The position numbers and the translations under genes were made by a program. 64,000 bases of DNA from NCBI GenBank assembly GCA_049968255.1, contig JBMFRB010000001.1, positions 429,495 through 493,494 of the forward strand, given 5' to 3'. The DNA is from Candidatus Sumerlaeaceae bacterium. GTDB lineage: Bacteria; Sumerlaeota; Sumerlaeia; Sumerlaeales; Sumerlaeaceae. Positions 28,065 through 38,261 of the stretch are shown in pieces; the stretch's first letter is position 1; the number at the start of each line of letters is the position of its first letter. The notes under the pieces were generated by a model. It did not search any database. It had not been told where the DNA came from and saw nothing but the letters and a program-made list of their open reading frames with translations.

Positions 28065-29792
28065 TCATGGCCGAACATGATAGAGATAGAACTCGAATGC
28101 GGAGTCGCACGAACGACTGTTTTCAGGGATGTCGATTTGCTGCAGTTTTTCTGCAAGGCTTGAGCTCCCAAGGCGAAGCGGACGTTTGGCCACATAAAGA
28201 AAGCCGGTCGAGGAAAGTTGTTTGGCCAGTTCGTATGACTTTGCAATTTTGGTTCCGTCCCAGCCAGGGAGAATGACTCGGCTATAAAACAGCCGCGGGA
28301 ACATCGTCGCCAACCAGCTCTGTTCGGTGACGATGGGTTCACCAGGGTCCGTTGCCGCCAGGAATTTTTCAAGGCGACTGATTTGGCGGTATTGGTGAAC
28401 AAGCCGATCGAGATAAACGACGGAATCGGCGAGACCGAGCAGGACCAGGAAAGCGACCAACGCCTTCAGCGCACGATGATAGGGACCTTGGCCACCAGAC
28501 CACAATTCCCTCATGACTGCGAATGCCGCCAGCACCAATCCAGGATAAATCGGTAGCAGAAGTCGCGGACCGAAATTGAGGCCAACGGCCGAGCTTGGCA
28601 CGCTCAGCGCTAATGTCAGAGCCAAGAAAAGAAGAGAGCAGACAACGACGGAGCGCAGGTTGAGAGACTCAAATCTCCCATGGCCGCTTCGCGGTGCGTC
28701 CCACAGGGTCAGCCCGAAAAACACGATTGGTGCCGATGCAACCATGGCGTTAACAAAATATTGTGATACTATCGGTTGCTTTGTATCCCATGCGAAAAAG
28801 CGAGTAACAATCGCGCCGAGGGTGCCCAGGGCAACAAGAAGGACTCTGTGCTGAAGCGACGATGCGGAGCGAACAAACGCCAGGCATCCTAACGCGAGCA
28901 ACAATCCTGCGTCGGCCAGAGGCGCCCCCTGAACAAAGGCCAAATAACGATAGGCGACCCATCCCCTTGATGCGAGAGACCAAGTGTACTCCCAAGACTT
29001 ACCACTCCCCGTGCTCGCACGGAAGAAAAGCGGAACGCCGATGACGGCATGATTCACCACCATGAGTGCGATCGCGCCCGCGGCAAACACGCCCGCTGAC
29101 ACTGCCACGAGACGCCAAGCAGGGCGCAAAAGTAAAACTGCGAGAAAACAGCAAATCGCCCAGAGGAGATACTCCTCACGCATGACAAACGCCAGCCACA
29201 GCAAAACGCCCGCGCCAACAGCGCGTGGCAGTGAGGAGCGACGGGTGGCGTCGAGGAGATAGACTTGTCCCCACACCGCAAAAGCTAGCGCGGGAATAAT
29301 GTCCCAAAAGATATAAACGTACGGGAGAATGGGCGTCGCAAAAATTGCAACAGAGGCAGGAATGGTCGGCCGCTCGAGGCCGCAAAGCCGAGACAACCAG
29401 ATGATGCCCCAAAACAGCAAGATCCCAGTGAAAAGCGGCAATACCCGTAAGCCGCATTGACCGAAGAGCGCATAAAATGGGGCGGTCGCATAGCTAAACC
29501 ACGGTGGGTACTGGGCAAACAGTCGGCCACCATGGACAAACGTCTGAATAAGGCCGAAGGGAACTAGCTCAAAGTTCGGATCGAGATGCTGCAAGGGATA
29601 ATCAAGCCAGAACCCCCCAAAATGATGACGTCCCACGATATTGATGAGTTGGAGGAGGCGCAAGCCGCAATCCACAACCCAAACGCCTTCGCATGGAATC
29701 AGGAAACCAATTGCAATGAGCAAGGCGCTGAGAGCACCTGCAGCCCAAATATTTCTGTCAGGAATTGGGCCCAGCTTGAACATCAGGGTCAT
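28065..29792 (-). CDS. Polytopic membrane protein, putative GT-C-fold glycosyltransferase
   Basis: Many TM helices, first loop with acidic D (VVDCGLRLLQ) and YPP, later GPRLLLP, C-terminal soluble domain. Confidence 0.6.
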   Translation of the reverse strand: MTLMFKLGPIPDRNIWAAGALSALLIAIGFLIPCEGVWVVDCGLRLLQLINIVGRHHFGGFWLDYPLQHLDPNFELVPFGLIQTFVHGGRLFAQYPPWFSYATAPFYALFGQCGLRVLPLFTGILLFWGIIWLSRLCGLERPTIPASVAIFATPILPYVYIFWDIIPALAFAVWGQVYLLDATRRSSLPRAVGAGVLLWLAFVMREEYLLWAICCFLAVLLLRPAWRLVAVSAGVFAAGAIALMVVNHAVIGVPLFFRASTGSGKSWEYTWSLASRGWVAYRYLAFVQGAPLADAGLLLALGCLAFVRSASSLQHRVLLVALGTLGAIVTRFFAWDTKQPIVSQYFVNAMVASAPIVFFGLTLWDAPRSGHGRFESLNLRSVVVCSLLFLALTLALSVPSSAVGLNFGPRLLLPIYPGLVLAAFAVMRELWSGGQGPYHRALKALVAFLVLLGLADSVVYLDRLVHQYRQISRLEKFLAATDPGEPIVTEQSWLATMFPRLFYSRVILPGWDGTKIAKSYELAKQLSSTGFLYVAKRPLRLGSSSLAEKLQQIDIPENSRSCDSAFEFYLYHVRP

Positions 29793-30918
29793 CCTCTCGC
29801 GAGAGAGCTGCAGCTGAATCGGTTTGCTTGACCAGACGCATGATTACGAATCCCGCGTCCCAGGCGCATGCGTGCAAGTATGGGTCGCGCCATCGCAAAG
29901 CGACAACTTCGCCCCCAACAAGCATGGAATCTTCGAGTTGAGGAATCGCAGGATCGGCGAGGTTATAGAGCTGAATGCCGTTCTCATTGTTTGCAACTGC
30001 AAACAGGTCATGCGGGAGAAAGCAGATATCCTGGGCATAATCTGGAAACTTGTTAACGAGGGAAAGTAGCTCCACGGGGGGCGATGTTTCGGCAATTTCA
30101 GTACGGGGCATCGAGATGGCATCTGTGCGAAGAATCGCAAATCCGCCATTGCGCAAGGCGGCCGCAAACAGGGGCGGCGCCGCTTGCACCGCTACGCAAT
30201 AACCGGGGAGCGATATTCGCTGCAAAGGTTGCAGCAGCGCCGGATCTGCGACGCGGAACATCTCTAGTCCGCCCTCATCATTATTCGCCAGTAGAGCAAG
30301 ATGCCCCGCTAGGCAGACATCTGTCGCATAGTCGGTGCCCAGGGTGAATGAGCTTACGACGTTTGGCGCAAGAGGGTTTGTGACATCGAGGATCCGGAGT
30401 CCTCCACCTCCGCAGGCCACAGCAGCATACGCCTTGTCTGCGTGATAAAAAAGGTGAATTTTGGTGGCAATCCCCTCGAGAGGAAGCGCGGCATATGTTG
30501 AAAGATTGTCCGCGCGGAGCGTGAGAAATCCGCGGAACCGATCGGCCACAAAGAGATAACGCCCATCCGAACTTTCCACGATGTGCAATGGTTGCAAGCT
30601 GGCCGGCGGCACATGACGTAAGAGGCGTGGAGCGGCGGGACTTGAGATGTCGACTTCGCTCAGACCTTGAAAATTCTGCGCAACGAACGCACGATTGCCA
30701 ACCAAAGCCACAGCTCGTGCGCGCTTGAGAGGAAGCTGGCCAATTTTCTCCAACTTCCAGAGCTCTTTGCGCTGCAGGCGAGACAACCGCTGCGGATGAC
30801 GAGTCTCTGCGCATGAGGTCACCAAGAGTTCTGCAACAAGCAGAAGAGTTGACAGCGCAAGGCCAGAGAATTTCTGAATAGGCACGAACATAAGCGAATG
30901 GTGAAACATGCGTACCAA
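29758..30918 (-). CDS. LVIVD-repeat beta-propeller protein, possibly a lipoprotein
   Basis: GLSEVDISSP, GLRILDVTNP, GIQLYNLADP repeats; LVTSC lipobox-like site. Start uncertain. Confidence 0.75.
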   Translation of the reverse strand: MVRMFHHSLMFVPIQKFSGLALSTLLLVAELLVTSCAETRHPQRLSRLQRKELWKLEKIGQLPLKRARAVALVGNRAFVAQNFQGLSEVDISSPAAPRLLRHVPPASLQPLHIVESSDGRYLFVADRFRGFLTLRADNLSTYAALPLEGIATKIHLFYHADKAYAAVACGGGGLRILDVTNPLAPNVVSSFTLGTDYATDVCLAGHLALLANNDEGGLEMFRVADPALLQPLQRISLPGYCVAVQAAPPLFAAALRNGGFAILRTDAISMPRTEIAETSPPVELLSLVNKFPDYAQDICFLPHDLFAVANNENGIQLYNLADPAIPQLEDSMLVGGEVVALRWRDPYLHACAWDAGFVIMRLVKQTDSAAALSREDDPDVQAGPNS

Positions 30919-31387
30919 TGACGCAATTGCAATACTTCGCTCCGGCCCAAGACAGCCGAAGTGGTTGGTCCTCGGCTTGAGCTGGCTGGTGCCCGGCTAT
31001 GGATTTTTTGTCCACGGACTTCGGCGTCGTGCAGTGGTTCTCTTCTTGGCGATCGAGGGGACCTTTGCCGTGGGCTGTTTTCTGAGAGGTGGCGTTTTTC
31101 TGCCAGAATTCCGCTGGGGGCATGAGGGGTTTAATATTGTTACTTTGCTAACATTTTTTACGCAGATTTTCAATGGTGGCGGCGCACTCCTGAGCCTTGT
31201 TCCTGAGATCCTAGGAAGCCGCTGGGCTATCTTGCCATATGATGAGGCTTCCTGCTGGGCTGATTTGGGGTCTTTTTACATGCTGGTGGCAGGTGGACTG
31301 AATTATTTTGTCCTCATGAGCACGTTCGACTACTTCTACGGGAAAAAGCAGGCTGTTCAAGCCGATGCGATGGAAGGCGAGTCATGA
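30908..31387 (+). CDS. Membrane protein resembling the DUF6677 family
   Basis: LSWLVPGYG...RR.AV.LF and DLG.FY.LVAG.LN motifs, recalled from that family. Confidence 0.6.
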   Translation: MRTNDAIAILRSGPRQPKWLVLGLSWLVPGYGFFVHGLRRRAVVLFLAIEGTFAVGCFLRGGVFLPEFRWGHEGFNIVTLLTFFTQIFNGGGALLSLVPEILGSRWAILPYDEASCWADLGSFYMLVAGGLNYFVLMSTFDYFYGKKQAVQADAMEGES

Positions 31388-31575
31388 CGAGCGGAATAGT
31401 CTTTGTGCCGTCCTTGGTGTTTTTGATGTTTGTCCTGGCAGGCGTTTACTCACTAGCGCAGGAACCCTTTGCCCACCGCCGACATCTCGCGCGGCAATGG
31501 CTGCGGCGGAGCATCAAACTTGCAAGCGTTTTAGCAGGGATCATGATCCTTGCATTTTTTTTCAGCCGAGTCTGA
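31384..31575 (+). CDS. Small two-TM hypothetical protein
   Basis: ATGA overlap with the upstream gene; two hydrophobic segments around a basic loop. Confidence 0.6.
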   Translation: MTSGIVFVPSLVFLMFVLAGVYSLAQEPFAHRRHLARQWLRRSIKLASVLAGIMILAFFFSRV

Positions 31576-31585
31576 TTTTTTTGTA

Positions 31586-31626
31586 TTGACACCCAAAAAA
31601 TGCTGCTCATAAACGCGGGGTAGAAT
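31586..31626 (+). promoter_or_regulatory. Candidate sigma70-type promoter of the pilin gene
   Basis: Perfect TTGACA at 31586-31591 after a T-tract; possible -10 elements CATAAA (31608) or TAGAAT (31621). Spacing is not ideal. Confidence 0.35.
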
Positions 31627-31675
31627 CGGGGCAAACCCGAAAAAATTCATTATTCCCGGAAAGGAGGGAAACGTA

Positions 31676-32353
31676 ATGAAGAAAGGCTTTACCCTAATCG
31701 AGCTGTTGATCGTGGTGGCAATCATTGCGATCCTGGCAGCTATCGCGGTGCCAAACTTCCTCGAGGCCCAGGTACGCTCGAAGGTCTCTCGTGCGAAGTC
31801 GGATCAGCGCTCGCTGGCAACGGCCATTGAGGCGTACTTTGTCGATAACAACCTGTATCCGGCTGCAGCGCGCGAGGGATCAGGCACTTGTGCTGCCCCG
31901 AACGCAACAGTTCCGGTCAATCCGGCGGGATCTGGCAACTTCAATAAATATGCCAATCCATCGAACCCCAACACGCAGCTGCGCAACGTGTTCAGCTTTG
32001 CAGTGAAGGGAACCACGGCGATAGGCCTGCTGACCACCCCGATTGGCTACATCACCAGCTATCCGGCCGATCCGTTCACGGATACGAAGGGCGCAACATT
32101 CTGCTACTTCGCGAATGCGAATGGGTGGATCCTGTGGAGCCCCGGTCCCGACACGGACGAGGCCCAGGGAACAAACCTGGGGACCAACGCCAACCCGGGG
32201 ACGAACGCTGTTGAGACCTTGTATGACGTTTCGCAGTCTCAGCCAAGCGTTACCCTCGTGGCAGGCATCGGCGGATCTCAGACCAAGGCGTTCACCTATG
32301 ACCCAACCAACGGAACGGTCAGCCCGGGTGACGTTTATCGCGTGAAGCAGTAA
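31676..32353 (+). CDS. Type IV pilin-like protein, candidate major pilin
   Basis: MKKG|FTLIELLIVVAIIAILAAIAVPNF canonical class III signal; AAGGAGG RBS; own terminator; C-terminal YDPTNGTVSPGDVYR. Confidence 0.9.
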   Translation: MKKGFTLIELLIVVAIIAILAAIAVPNFLEAQVRSKVSRAKSDQRSLATAIEAYFVDNNLYPAAAREGSGTCAAPNATVPVNPAGSGNFNKYANPSNPNTQLRNVFSFAVKGTTAIGLLTTPIGYITSYPADPFTDTKGATFCYFANANGWILWSPGPDTDEAQGTNLGTNANPGTNAVETLYDVSQSQPSVTLVAGIGGSQTKAFTYDPTNGTVSPGDVYRVKQ

Positions 32354-32384
32354 GCACGTTTTTGCAGAAAATCTTTAAAGGCGG

Positions 32385-32422
32385 CCGGGCGGCAAACTCT
32401 CTTGTCGCCCGGTTTACTTTTT
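32385..32422 (+). terminator. Rho-independent terminator after the pilin gene
   Basis: CCGGGCGGCAA-ACTCTC-TTGTCGCCCGG stem followed by TTTACTTTTT. Confidence 0.8.
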
Positions 32423-32521
32423 CTCTAAGGCAATGTGGCTGCACTGACGTATCCCCGGCAAACATTCACCTAATTTCGCTTTACTTTCAACTTCTCTCCG
32501 CCCTATCCCAATGCCACTCTT

Positions 32522-33700
32522 ATGCCTCAGAAAACTGACTCGATTACGTCCGTTGAGGAAAGCACCCATCGCCAACGTCGGTGGGGTTGTACGTGCGGGT
32601 GCCTCACCTTCTTGTTGGCGCTGGTCTTGGCAATTCTTGGATTCTTCTACGTCGCACTGAAGCCGTATCCCCTCAATAAACCCGACCGTTGGCTGGGCAG
32701 TGAGACCATCGGGTTTGGCGTACTAAGGCTTAGCTCGGCTGACAGCGGAATTTCGGACTTGTTTAGCTTTGTAGCAACACGACTGGAGGAGAGATGGTCT
32801 CGCGAGCTCAAGGAAAACGAGCGCACTGCCTTCCATTCATTTATCACGCTTGTACGCCAAACAAGTGACTGGGTCTTCTATCCCCCTGTTTATCTGTATT
32901 TAGAGCAGCCAAGCGGTACAACTGCCGTGCGCTTCGCTGGCATTGCGCAATTCCGACACTTTTTTGGCTATCTTGTGGGACGTTCGCTGATCAACTCCCT
33001 CGGCCTTCCAGCGCGGACGGAATCGCCCTCGCTACTCGTCTATGACCTAGGCGGCCAGGAGAAGCAAAAGGCGGTGGTGGCCATCTCGCATCTGCGCCTG
33101 ATGGTCGCGAATGACAATTCGTTGCTGCAGAGCATGGCCTCAGCGGAAAACACTCGATCAGCGAGCACCCCCAGTGAGCGATTTATGACTTACTATGGGG
33201 AACTCCATGCAGACAAACCCGCACCAGGCGAGGATCTTGGACTCGTGCTCGAGAACAAAGACAACGCAATCGCACGCGAACTGGAGAATGTGTTGAAAGC
33301 ATGTGGCCAAAGCCTAGCGTGGGAGCGTATTCAGGAAACAATGGCCAAATACAACGTGGCATTCGAAGATGTGCAGGGGCTGCGCCTCTCCGGGGATGTG
33401 ATTTCAGCTGATCGAGTCAAATGTGTGGCCACGTTCTATGTGGAACAGCCCCCTGCTTTGAAAAGATTTGCGGAAGCTGCGAAGCTTCTTGAAGGACTTT
33501 CGACACCCTCGGCTCAGAAATCTCCAGCTATTTTCACCAAGATTGAAACACAAGCAGGCCGCAATTACGTGAGCGTGACTCTCGAGCTAACAGGGCTGCG
33601 TACACTCTTGGGGACCTGGATTCAGGGCGGCGCCAACGCCACGGGGGCATCGAACTTAGCGTCGACCAAAACCGAGGAATCGGCTACGACCCAGCCATGA
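32522..33700 (+). CDS. Membrane-anchored hypothetical protein
   Basis: 392-aa ORF; RRWGCTCGC followed by a TM helix; stop overlaps the GT4 start. Confidence 0.7.
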   Translation: MPQKTDSITSVEESTHRQRRWGCTCGCLTFLLALVLAILGFFYVALKPYPLNKPDRWLGSETIGFGVLRLSSADSGISDLFSFVATRLEERWSRELKENERTAFHSFITLVRQTSDWVFYPPVYLYLEQPSGTTAVRFAGIAQFRHFFGYLVGRSLINSLGLPARTESPSLLVYDLGGQEKQKAVVAISHLRLMVANDNSLLQSMASAENTRSASTPSERFMTYYGELHADKPAPGEDLGLVLENKDNAIARELENVLKACGQSLAWERIQETMAKYNVAFEDVQGLRLSGDVISADRVKCVATFYVEQPPALKRFAEAAKLLEGLSTPSAQKSPAIFTKIETQAGRNYVSVTLELTGLRTLLGTWIQGGANATGASNLASTKTEESATTQP

Positions 33701-34848
33701 AAAGGATTCGTGTTCTGAGGCTCATCACGTGGTTGCCCAAGGGGGGAATTGAGCGGAAGATCGTTGCAGTGCTGCCCCGGCTCAACAAGGAACTTTTCGA
33801 GCCGCACGTCTGTTGCATCCGAGAGCGTGGGCCACTGGCGGAGGACCTCGAAGCCAAAGGAATTCCCGTGCACGTCGTCCCTTTTCGCAGCCGGCTTCAT
33901 CCGTGGAGCCTTTGGCAATTACATAAGCTGACGAACCGCCTGGCTATCGAGCTCGTTCATGCGCACATGTACCGTGCGAACACCCCCGCCACTGTCCTTT
34001 CCTTGCTTGGGGCCCCGTTCAAAGTCATCGGGCACTACCATAATATCGACACCTGGGAGACATGGCGGCAACTCCAGCTCGACGCCTATCTGGCGCGGCA
34101 ACGCGCCATGAATCTGGCTGTCTCGGAAGCAGTTCGCCGGGACGTCATGCAACATCTGAAGGTTCCAGGTGATAAAATCCGAACCTTACACAACGGTGTG
34201 GATACGCGGGAATATTGTCCGGCAAGCAATAGTGAGCGCGAAGCTCTGCGCTACGCGTTGGGATGGCCAAGCGATGCCTTGGTGGTCATGATGGCTGCGC
34301 GGCTCGTGCCACAAAAGAATCATCGGTTTGTTATCGAAAACGCACGCGACATTATTCGCGATTTTCCCGATCTGTATTTCGTGTTCGCCGGCAACGGCCC
34401 CCTTGAAGCCGAGCTCAAGGAGTTGGCGGGCCAATGCAGGGTGGCTGAACATATTGTGTTCCTTGGCCACCGCGATGATGTCCCCCAGCTGCTCGCCGCT
34501 TCCGACATGAGTATTCTCCCATCCAGCCGCGAAGGCTTTTCTAATACGGTGCTTGAATCCATGGCGTGCGGTCTACCAACGGTCGCGAGCGATGTGGGTG
34601 GCAACCGGGAAATTATCGACCATGGGTTGAACGGGTTTCTGCTGGAAATGGAGAATACGGGGGCAGGCGCCATGCCAAAAGCCACGCAATTCGTGCGTCT
34701 TGTCCGCAGACTTGCAGCCGAGCCGGAGCTACGAGCCCGGATCGGCACGGCCGCGCGGCAGACGGCGCTCCGGTTTAGCTTGGACGTCATGGTGGAAAAG
34801 ACCGAAAAACTTTATCTCGAACTTCTGGGCAGAGGGCGAAGCTTATGA
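33697..34848 (+). CDS. Glycosyltransferase family 4
   Basis: GGIER, AVSEAV, NGVD, ARL..QKNH, EGFSNTVLESMACG.P.VASDVGG. Confidence 0.92.
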   Translation: MKRIRVLRLITWLPKGGIERKIVAVLPRLNKELFEPHVCCIRERGPLAEDLEAKGIPVHVVPFRSRLHPWSLWQLHKLTNRLAIELVHAHMYRANTPATVLSLLGAPFKVIGHYHNIDTWETWRQLQLDAYLARQRAMNLAVSEAVRRDVMQHLKVPGDKIRTLHNGVDTREYCPASNSEREALRYALGWPSDALVVMMAARLVPQKNHRFVIENARDIIRDFPDLYFVFAGNGPLEAELKELAGQCRVAEHIVFLGHRDDVPQLLAASDMSILPSSREGFSNTVLESMACGLPTVASDVGGNREIIDHGLNGFLLEMENTGAGAMPKATQFVRLVRRLAAEPELRARIGTAARQTALRFSLDVMVEKTEKLYLELLGRGRSL

Positions 34849-36116
34849 AAAAAGCGGGTCCAAATGTGACGGCGGTGATCCTTGGCGGGGGACGTGGAAC
34901 GCGGCTTGACCCACTCACACGCTATCGCTCCAAACCGGCTGTCCCCCTCGCTGGCAAGTATCGCCTTATTGATGTGGCCATCAGCAATTGCATCAATTCT
35001 GGCATTCGCAAAATCTACGTCCTCACTCAGTTCAACTCGGCGTCGCTCAATCGCCACATCTCGAAAACGTATAGGTTCGACGATTTCAGTGGTGGTTTTG
35101 TGGATATTCTCGCGGCCGAGCAAACCGTGGAAACGGAGAAGTGGTACCAAGGCACGGCTGACGCGGTGCGCCGCCAACTGCGTCACATTCACGATCATGA
35201 GGTAACGCACTACCTTGTTCTTTCGGGCGACGCCCTTTATCGGCAGAATTTTCAAGACATGATCGCAGACCACGTTGCGGCTGGTGCTGACATCTCGATC
35301 AGTTGCAAGATGGTGAGCGAGCGTGAAGCCCCACAGCTTGGAATTCTCGGCATAGACGAAGCCCGCCAAATTCGATGGTTCCGCGAGAAACCGGTCCCCG
35401 AAGAGCTTCCCAAACTGAAGATGCCGCCTGAAGCTGCTAAGCAGGCCGGCCTCGATTGCACAGCTACACCGTTTCTCGCTTCGATGGGAACTTACTTGTT
35501 TGAGCGCGACGTGTTGAGCAAGGTTCTTACGGAAAACCCGTCGCACGATTTTGGTAAACAAATTATCCCTTGGGCTCTCGACCGTTACAAAGTTCACGCC
35601 CACCTTTTCCACGGATACTGGGAGGACATCGGAACGGTGCGCAGCTTCTACCAGGCAAATCTCGACCTGCTCAAAGATCAGCCCCCGTTCGATTTTTACG
35701 ATCCAGATTTCCCCATCTTTTCACACGCGCGCTTGCTTCCGTGCTCTCGTATCGTGGATTCGCATATCGAGCGGGTACTTGTTGCGGAGGGTTGTTTTAT
35801 CGAAAAAGCGGTCATCCGCAATAGCGTGATTGGAATTCGGAGTCACATTCGCGAGGGCTCCGTGGTCGAAGATTCCATTGTCATGGGTGCTGATTTGATC
35901 GAGACAGAGCCTCCACCGGGTGAACTTCCCTTGGGCATAGGGCCAAACTGCCTTATTCGAAATGCGATCATAGACAAGAACGTCAGGATTGGGCCCAACT
36001 GCCAAATCATCAATACGACAGGCACTCAGCATGCGAATGGTGAGCACGCTTGCATCCGCGATGGAGTGATCATTGTCCTAAAGAATGCAGTCATTCCACC
36101 AAACACCATGATCTAA
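34845..36116 (+). CDS. glgC: Glucose-1-phosphate adenylyltransferase
   Basis: ILGGGRGTRL.PLT..RSKPAVP, TQFNSASL, WYQGTADAV, REKP, ASMG.Y, YWEDIGT. Confidence 0.96.
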   Translation: MKKAGPNVTAVILGGGRGTRLDPLTRYRSKPAVPLAGKYRLIDVAISNCINSGIRKIYVLTQFNSASLNRHISKTYRFDDFSGGFVDILAAEQTVETEKWYQGTADAVRRQLRHIHDHEVTHYLVLSGDALYRQNFQDMIADHVAAGADISISCKMVSEREAPQLGILGIDEARQIRWFREKPVPEELPKLKMPPEAAKQAGLDCTATPFLASMGTYLFERDVLSKVLTENPSHDFGKQIIPWALDRYKVHAHLFHGYWEDIGTVRSFYQANLDLLKDQPPFDFYDPDFPIFSHARLLPCSRIVDSHIERVLVAEGCFIEKAVIRNSVIGIRSHIREGSVVEDSIVMGADLIETEPPPGELPLGIGPNCLIRNAIIDKNVRIGPNCQIINTTGTQHANGEHACIRDGVIIVLKNAVIPPNTMI

Positions 36117-36164
36117 CGCGCAGAAAGCGGTTCTACGATTGGCACTTCCTGGGGCTGTGAAAAA

Positions 36165-36989
36165 TCACTCGGCATCGTTGCCAGTGGAAATGGGGCGGCT
36201 ACGCACGCTCACGATTTTCCAGCCGTTCATAGTTTTGCGCAGCATGTAGCGTTCGTCTTTAGCGATGACTTGTGTACCGACACGATCTTCGCGCAAGCAG
36301 TCCACCGCAGCCATCACATGGCTAATTTTGACATGAAGGTCGAGCACATGCTGCTGAATCTTCTGACCGCTACGTTCCTCGTAGGCTTTCCGTCGGCGCA
36401 CAATGTAGTCGTCGCGGCTTAGCCCAGCACGCATCTCTTCTGCAAGTGCCTCGTATTCAGTGGCGAAATCTCGCGTGTTCCAACTTTCGACGAAGACACG
36501 GACCACTTCTTTCGGATCCTGCTTCCAATCGGCCGGTAATTGCCTCACCGGCAAAAGCTCCGGCTGAGATTCCTCCACTTCCTTGGCATGGTTTCCTTCC
36601 GAGAGATATTGGCGACGCCGGAGCAAATGCTCGACTCGCCCGAGCAGGGCCAGTGGCTCAAATGGTTTCGACAGAAAATCGTCGGCCCTCAGCCCTGCCG
36701 CCCAGAATGACTCTGGCTTGTCGGAGACCGCACCAAGAGAGGAAATAACCATCAGCGGCATGCTGGCAATCTCTGGCGTACGGCGGACACGGCGACAGAA
36801 CTCGAGTCCACTCACTTTCGGCATGCGCAGATCAACGATGGCCATATCGGGGCGCTCGCGAAGGAGGAGCTGCCAGCCTTCTTCGCCATCGTAAGCGCCG
36901 ATGACGGTATGGCCCTTTGTCTTAAGGATGGCTTTGACGTATTCGACAATTTCGAATTCGTCGTCTACGACTAGGATTTTGCACCCCAT
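36165..36989 (-). CDS. Response regulator receiver fused to an uncharacterised C-terminal domain
   Basis: KILVVDDE...VDLRMP...KPF; C-terminal alpha+beta domain ending GWKIVSV. Confidence 0.8.
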   Translation of the reverse strand: MGCKILVVDDEFEIVEYVKAILKTKGHTVIGAYDGEEGWQLLLRERPDMAIVDLRMPKVSGLEFCRRVRRTPEIASMPLMVISSLGAVSDKPESFWAAGLRADDFLSKPFEPLALLGRVEHLLRRRQYLSEGNHAKEVEESQPELLPVRQLPADWKQDPKEVVRVFVESWNTRDFATEYEALAEEMRAGLSRDDYIVRRRKAYEERSGQKIQQHVLDLHVKISHVMAAVDCLREDRVGTQVIAKDERYMLRKTMNGWKIVSVRSRPISTGNDAE

Positions 36990-37012
36990 GGCTTTACTTC
37001 TAGCGTACGCGC

Positions 37013-38125
37013 TCAGCGACATTCAAGTGTTACATGTTCGAGAATAGCGTCCACGGTTGGGGGCACTGATATTGGCTTAGGGGAAAATTCGATGGCGTTC
37101 TTAGGATCCTTGAGACCATGTCCAGTAAGCACGCAGACAATTCGCACTTTGTCCCCCGTCGCATGGGCCCCAACAGCGGCAGGGTGATGTTTGGAAAAAT
37201 ATCCTGCCCGGGCATACTTGAAAAGCCCAGCCACGCTGGCCGCGCTCGCGGGCTCGCAGAAAACTCCTTCGTATCGGGCGAGGAACTGGTACGCAGCAAC
37301 GATTTCCTCATCGCTCACCATATCGATGACGCCATGGGATTCATCACGGGCCGCTTCGGCCAATTTCCAGCTCGCCGGATTTCCGATGCGAATCGCTGTG
37401 GCAAGGGTCTCGGGTTTTTCTACGACGTGTCCGCGCACGATTGGGGCAGCACCCTCCGCCTGAAAGCCCATCATCTTGGGAAGACGACGCACGAGCCCTT
37501 TGCCGTGGTATTCCTTGTAGCCTTTCCAGTAGGCCGTGATATTGCCGGCATTGCCGACAGGGATGAAGTGATAGTCGGGTGCATCGCCAAGAACATCACA
37601 AATCTCGAAAGCCCCCGTCTTTTGCCCCTCGAGACGATAAGGATTGATAGAATTGACAAGGGTAATTTTGAACTGAGTTGTGACCTCGCGCACAATTCGG
37701 AGCGCATCGTCGAAATTTCCCGCCACGGCGAACACCTTCGCTCCATGCATAAGCGCTTGGGCAAGCTTGCCAAGCGCGATGTTTCCATCGGGGATGATGA
37801 CAATGCATGTCATGCCTGCACGCGCCGCATATGCAGCGGCGCTCGCCGAGGTATTGCCCGTGCTGGCGCACATCACGGCGTTCGAGCCTTCTTCCAGAGC
37901 TTTGGTCACGGCCATTGTCATGCCGCGGTCTTTGAAAGAGCCGGTCGGATTCAAGCCTTCGAACTTGAGATAGACCTCGACGTGAGAGCCAACCTCGCGC
38001 GCGACTGCAGGGGCCGGAATCAGCGGCGTATTCCCTTCGTTGAGCGAGACAACAGGCGAATCGGCTTCGACAGGCAAAAACTCTCTGTAGGCAGCAATGA
38101 TTCCAGCCCAGCGCGCTGAGCCCAT
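37013..38125 (-). CDS. thrC: Threonine synthase
   Basis: [19 protein letters not shown] (PLP Lys), [28 protein letters not shown]. Confidence 0.95.
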   Translation of the reverse strand: MGSARWAGIIAAYREFLPVEADSPVVSLNEGNTPLIPAPAVAREVGSHVEVYLKFEGLNPTGSFKDRGMTMAVTKALEEGSNAVMCASTGNTSASAAAYAARAGMTCIVIIPDGNIALGKLAQALMHGAKVFAVAGNFDDALRIVREVTTQFKITLVNSINPYRLEGQKTGAFEICDVLGDAPDYHFIPVGNAGNITAYWKGYKEYHGKGLVRRLPKMMGFQAEGAAPIVRGHVVEKPETLATAIRIGNPASWKLAEAARDESHGVIDMVSDEEIVAAYQFLARYEGVFCEPASAASVAGLFKYARAGYFSKHHPAAVGAHATGDKVRIVCVLTGHGLKDPKNAIEFSPKPISVPPTVDAILEHVTLECR

Positions 38126-38261
38126 GGCAGCAAGTCCTTTCATCGCAAACAAATTATGATGTTTCGCCGTTTCTCCGTTTTCGCAAAAGAGCGAACGTTA
38201 CGAATCGCAAGAGGCGTCAACTAAAAATCAACTACAAATCAAAAACCAGCACATCTATCGG

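Noticed and set aside
31626-31675. GGGCAAACC as a c-di-GMP-I riboswitch before the pilin
   Set aside because: Only a 5-bp hairpin (TCGGG/CCCGA); no room or sequence for the P2/P3 architecture.
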